A stretch of 37,437 bases of DNA, from positions 1-37,437 of the forward strand of contig CAZKIZ010000001.1 of assembly GCA_964552935.1 (NCBI GenBank), read 5' to 3'. The stretch comes from an uncultured Rhodohalobacter sp. Lineage in GTDB: Bacteria; Bacteroidota; Rhodothermia; Balneolales; Balneolaceae. Below, one piece after another: positions 33,914 through 37,437 of this stretch (the stretch's first letter is position 1; each line of letters starts with the position of its first letter). The notes below the pieces were generated by a model. That model did not search any database and was not told the DNA's origin. It saw only the letters and a program-made list of their open reading frames with translations. A program made the position numbers and the translations under genes.

Positions 33914-36191
33914 TTCCTAAATTCGGTTTCATCCAGTAAAAAAGTGATGGCAGGATAAACAGGTCCGCAATCAGGGCCGCAAAAATAGTGGAGCAGACGA
34001 GAATTCCCATCATTGCTGTTGAAGTGAAGGCGCTTGTAATGAGGGTGCCAAATCCTGCAATTAATATCATGCTTGTCACGATTATGGCTCTGCCCGTTTT
34101 TACTGTGGTTGCGGTAAGAGCCGCGTTCATTGAGCCTGATCGCATATATTCGATGCGAAAGCGCGCCAGGTAGTGTATACTATCGTCAACGGCAATTCCA
34201 AGTGCAATTGTAAAGATAACTGCCGTTGATGGCTTTATATCTACATTCAGAATTCCCATAACGCTGGCAATGACGAGCAGCGGAATCAGGTTTGGGATCA
34301 GCGAAATGATGACCATTTTCACATTGCGAAAAAGCAGGGCCATAATGAGTGATATAGCGGTTATTGCAATGAGAATACTCCAGGCAAGTGAGTAGACAAT
34401 TTTATCTGTAAGGTCTGCGCTTAAAATAGTTGTTCCGGTTATCGTAATATTTTCTGACGGGAAATGATCTGATATGTATGTGCTGATCTCATCCCGCATT
34501 ACATTTATTCTTTTTGACCCAGCGTCCTCGGTAAAGGCGGTCACTCTGAGTTTCCGGTAATCAAAATCAACCAGCCGCTCTAATTCAGGCGCATCATTAA
34601 TCTCAAGAAGAAGCACGTATTGCGATATAGCTGAATCTGATTCCGGTAAGGATCGGGTGCTGCTTTCATCACGCTCATCCCTGAGAACAAATTCAACCTC
34701 CTCTATGAGCTGATGCAATCCTGCAACGCGATGGATCTCATCAAATTCAAGCAGGTACTTTTCAAAAGCATCCAGCCTCTGCATCATCTCCAGCGTGAGA
34801 GCAGCCTCAGGCTCGCCGGTATCTATGATAAACTCAAGCGGGAACTGCGGCGATAAACGCTCTGAAAAGAACCGGCTATCCTGCATGAGTTCAGTATCCT
34901 CGCCAAGGTCATCAAACACTTTTCCGTTTACGTCCACATTCTTGATACTGAATGTTAGCAGAAGCGTACCCCCAAACCCGAACAGCAGTATTTTTTTGAA
35001 ATGGAGCCTGTTTATTGCCGTAATTCGGTTCAGTATTCTGCTTATTGCAGGATAAAAAGATCCCGATTTTTCATTAAAAACCCTTTTTTTCCTCGATTTT
35101 GAGAGAGCAACGGGCAAGAAAAAGATTGTCACTACATAGGCAAGGAGCACCCCGGTTGCCGTGTAGGCCCCAAATTTGGCCATGGGAACTACCGAACTGC
35201 TCAGCAGGGATGCAAACCCAATTGCGGTTGTAACACTTGTCAAAAAGGTTGCGCTGCCCAGCGTAGACAGCATTTCCAGGATCGACTCCCTTTTTAACAT
35301 GCCGCTCTCCCGGGCATCATCGTATTTCGAGATCATGTGGACCGCATCTGCCACACCCACACAGAGAAGAATCGGGGCGATAGTGCTGCTCATGATTTCC
35401 AGATAGCCCCCCGTAAGCTGAATAATCGCAACGGTAAAGAGCAGCGTGGTCCAAACTATAATCATCGGGAAGAGCACACCCCAGATGCTTCTGTAGAGAT
35501 ACCAGAGAAGCAGGATGATAAGTACAGAGGAGAGTCCAATGTATATAAAAATCTCCCCGTTCAGCAGATTTACATATTGATTCCTGAAGAAAGGGATACC
35601 CGATTTATGGAAACTGTACCTGTTCGAGTATTCAGCGGTAATCTCGTTGATAGACTCAATGATCAGGTTTCTGTTGGGATAAGTGTTGTCATCCTCGCGT
35701 ATAGAAAGGATAAATGCGGCCGTATTTCCCTCAGAATTTATAAGCAGACCTGAAAGGAACGGATCTTCGGTTAAATTTCGCTGAAGAACCTCTAGTTCGT
35801 CTTCGGTATCCGGTATGGTTTCGAAATAGGGTGAGAATGTAAGCTGATCGTTTACGTTTTCAATTTTTTCAGCATTGGTGATGCTGCGCACGGATTCGAT
35901 GAACTGAATCTCTTCAAATCTGGAGGTCAGATCTTTGATATCTGAAAGGATCTGTGTTGTAAAAATCGTTTCAGCACTGAAACCGATTAATATTGTATTA
36001 TCATCTCGGCCGAATTCATCTTCCAGCAGCTGGTAATTTTCTATTACCGGGTCATTTTCGGGATAGAACCCCTCCAGGTTGAAGTCGGTTTTAATGTTTG
36101 AAGCGGGATAGATGGCAATAAATGTCAATATAATGAGTCCGGCTATAACTGATCCCGGGGCCGCTAAAAGTATGTTGCCAAAACGTTTCAA
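33888..36191 (-). CDS. MMPL/RND-family transporter
   Basis: Two-repeat topology with VGVADAVH and LGIAVDDSIH, TSVTTAIGFASL, TGRAIIVTS; 3' end overlaps tmk by 26 bp. Confidence 0.92.
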   Translation of the reverse strand: MKRFGNILLAAPGSVIAGLIILTFIAIYPASNIKTDFNLEGFYPENDPVIENYQLLEDEFGRDDNTILIGFSAETIFTTQILSDIKDLTSRFEEIQFIESVRSITNAEKIENVNDQLTFSPYFETIPDTEDELEVLQRNLTEDPFLSGLLINSEGNTAAFILSIREDDNTYPNRNLIIESINEITAEYSNRYSFHKSGIPFFRNQYVNLLNGEIFIYIGLSSVLIILLLWYLYRSIWGVLFPMIIVWTTLLFTVAIIQLTGGYLEIMSSTIAPILLCVGVADAVHMISKYDDARESGMLKRESILEMLSTLGSATFLTSVTTAIGFASLLSSSVVPMAKFGAYTATGVLLAYVVTIFFLPVALSKSRKKRVFNEKSGSFYPAISRILNRITAINRLHFKKILLFGFGGTLLLTFSIKNVDVNGKVFDDLGEDTELMQDSRFFSERLSPQFPLEFIIDTGEPEAALTLEMMQRLDAFEKYLLEFDEIHRVAGLHQLIEEVEFVLRDERDESSTRSLPESDSAISQYVLLLEINDAPELERLVDFDYRKLRVTAFTEDAGSKRINVMRDEISTYISDHFPSENITITGTTILSADLTDKIVYSLAWSILIAITAISLIMALLFRNVKMVIISLIPNLIPLLVIASVMGILNVDIKPSTAVIFTIALGIAVDDSIHYLARFRIEYMRSGSMNAALTATTVKTGRAIIVTSMILIAGFGTLITSAFTSTAMMGILVCSTIFAALIADLFILPSLFYWMKPNLGIKKIAEQS

Positions 36192-36464
36192 AGCAGATTT
36201 TTTTTGGTAGGTTTGATGGAAGCCCTAAAACTAAATGAGATGGGGATGCATTCCCATGAATTCACAAAAACGAACGAATCCGAATTATACACCAAGCTTA
36301 TTTTTTGCATGCCGCATAACCTGTAGCTCAAATTCAGGGTGGCATCCATTTAATGTTGTGGAGTAATTTTAGTGCTATAATTTAGATCAAACGCATCTTT
36401 GTGAATCATCCGGCATGATATAGTGTCAACTTTTAGGGCACGGTTACTAATCAAACGATATCCT

Positions 36465-37437
36465 CTAAAAATAAATGGATGTCTGAGCAAACAGGAAGCT
36501 ATTCTGTTTAAACTGCTCAAAGGTTAGATGGCCGTAAAAAGGGGAGATGGAGGGGCCGCCAAAAAGGTTTGTGCCCAGCATGAATTCAAAACCATCGCTT
36601 ATTTCGTAAGCTGCCTGTAACTGAGCCCAATAATCTTCTCCGAATATGTTATATCGGCCATTTACAAAAGTACTCAGCCTTTCTCTTAAGAAAGATCGCT
36701 GGGCAAAAGCTGATAGATAGGGAAAAAGCTGTTGTGGCAAAATCCGATCCTCATAATTGATAATTACTTCAATATATCCCTGTGCACCGACGGTAGCCCC
36801 TTTTATGCTTGTCTGAATCCCCACCATTTGTTGAATCCATGGCTTTGAAAGTATATAGCCGTCATCGCGGATATCGAATTCCTGGAGGACCTGGAGAGCT
36901 TCCACTGGATCATTTAATGCTTCTTCAAGACGATTTACGGAAACCGGTAAAAAAGTAAACAGGCGCTCGTTCACGTACAGCCCCTCTGCGGAAAAGATCC
37001 AGTTTTCGGATAGCTGCCATGAAAGTGAATAGCCGCCCATGGGTGAGGTTCTGTACGTCTCCCGCAGCGTTACTTCAGGTGTATTTGGAAAAGAGAATAT
37101 TCTCGGGCGAATGGAGTAGGCGGGCATAGGGTGAGCCCAGTAGTATGCCATCAGGTCCAGATCGATCGCTGATGAAGGCCTCCAGGCAAATCGGGCCGCC
37201 AGCTGTACATCAGAGATAGTTGACAGTTCATTTGAGCTGCGAAAGCTAAACGGAATTATAGAGGGAGGGCGCTGAACCGGAAACCAGCGGGAGTTTGAAT
37301 CGGGAAGTTTATCGGGTTGAATAGTGGGGGAGAGAACAAGCTGTAAATAATTACTTCCAAAATATCGCTGAATGTTGAGCGCGGTTAATCCCACCCTGAG
37401 ATCGGAGGGAGATTGCGTTAAAAATTCCCGCAAATCT
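36465..37437 (-). CDS. Partial outer-membrane beta-barrel-like protein (DUF1302-like), 5' end outside the window
   Basis: Frame open to the window edge; alternating aromatic strands, terminal QTSIYF; upstream of MMPL, a common pairing. Confidence 0.65.
   Translation of the reverse strand, partial: DLREFLTQSPSDLRVGLTALNIQRYFGSNYLQLVLSPTIQPDKLPDSNSRWFPVQRPPSIIPFSFRSSNELSTISDVQLAARFAWRPSSAIDLDLMAYYWAHPMPAYSIRPRIFSFPNTPEVTLRETYRTSPMGGYSLSWQLSENWIFSAEGLYVNERLFTFLPVSVNRLEEALNDPVEALQVLQEFDIRDDGYILSKPWIQQMVGIQTSIKGATVGAQGYIEVIINYEDRILPQQLFPYLSAFAQRSFLRERLSTFVNGRYNIFGEDYWAQLQAAYEISDGFEFMLGTNLFGGPSISPFYGHLTFEQFKQNSFLFAQTSIYF

Noticed and set aside
733-35753. Many short alternative-frame and antisense ORFs in the track (e.g. 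4894-5553, 8549-9091, 7939-8148)
   Set aside because: They overlap well-supported genes or the tRNA and carry no motifs, so they are treated as shadow ORFs.
1-37437. CRISPR array, prophage, transposase or anti-phage defence genes
   Set aside because: No regularly spaced direct repeats or recognisable proteins of these kinds were seen.

Overview
A gene-dense chromosomal stretch. The T9SS cargo, bshC and gene content suggest an FCB-group bacterium, probably Balneolaceae/Rhodothermaeota-like (inference). In order it holds: an AT-rich fragment of unknown function; a LacI-controlled starch/maltodextrin locus (perfect operator palindrome, LacI, T9SS-tagged GH13, lipoprotein GH13, MFS sugar transporter); tRNA-Ser(GGA); a type IV pilus-like cluster (pilB, stand-alone cNMP-binding protein, pilT, PilM-PilN fusion, PilO-PilP-like fusion, secretin with C-terminal SPOR); a lipid-related locus (alpha/beta hydrolase, acyltransferase, probably inactive hydrolase-DedA fusion); tadA; apt; an unknown lipoprotein/coiled-coil pair; holA; an ECF sigma factor and small anti-sigma-like ORF; TPR and patatin-POTRA proteins; a receiver protein; yciH; DUF151-bshC-ygfA; a ~200 bp nested inverted-repeat element; a PspC-domain protein; tmk; MMPL; and a partial outer-membrane protein. 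The best candidate for an undescribed system is the compacted pilus machine. It has fused alignment subunits, a secretin apparently lacking N3, and a PilT with an altered Asp box. It is split into two transcription units, and the second carries an ECF-type motif that recurs almost identically upstream of a distant stand-alone response regulator. All family calls come from reading motifs by eye; no searches were run.
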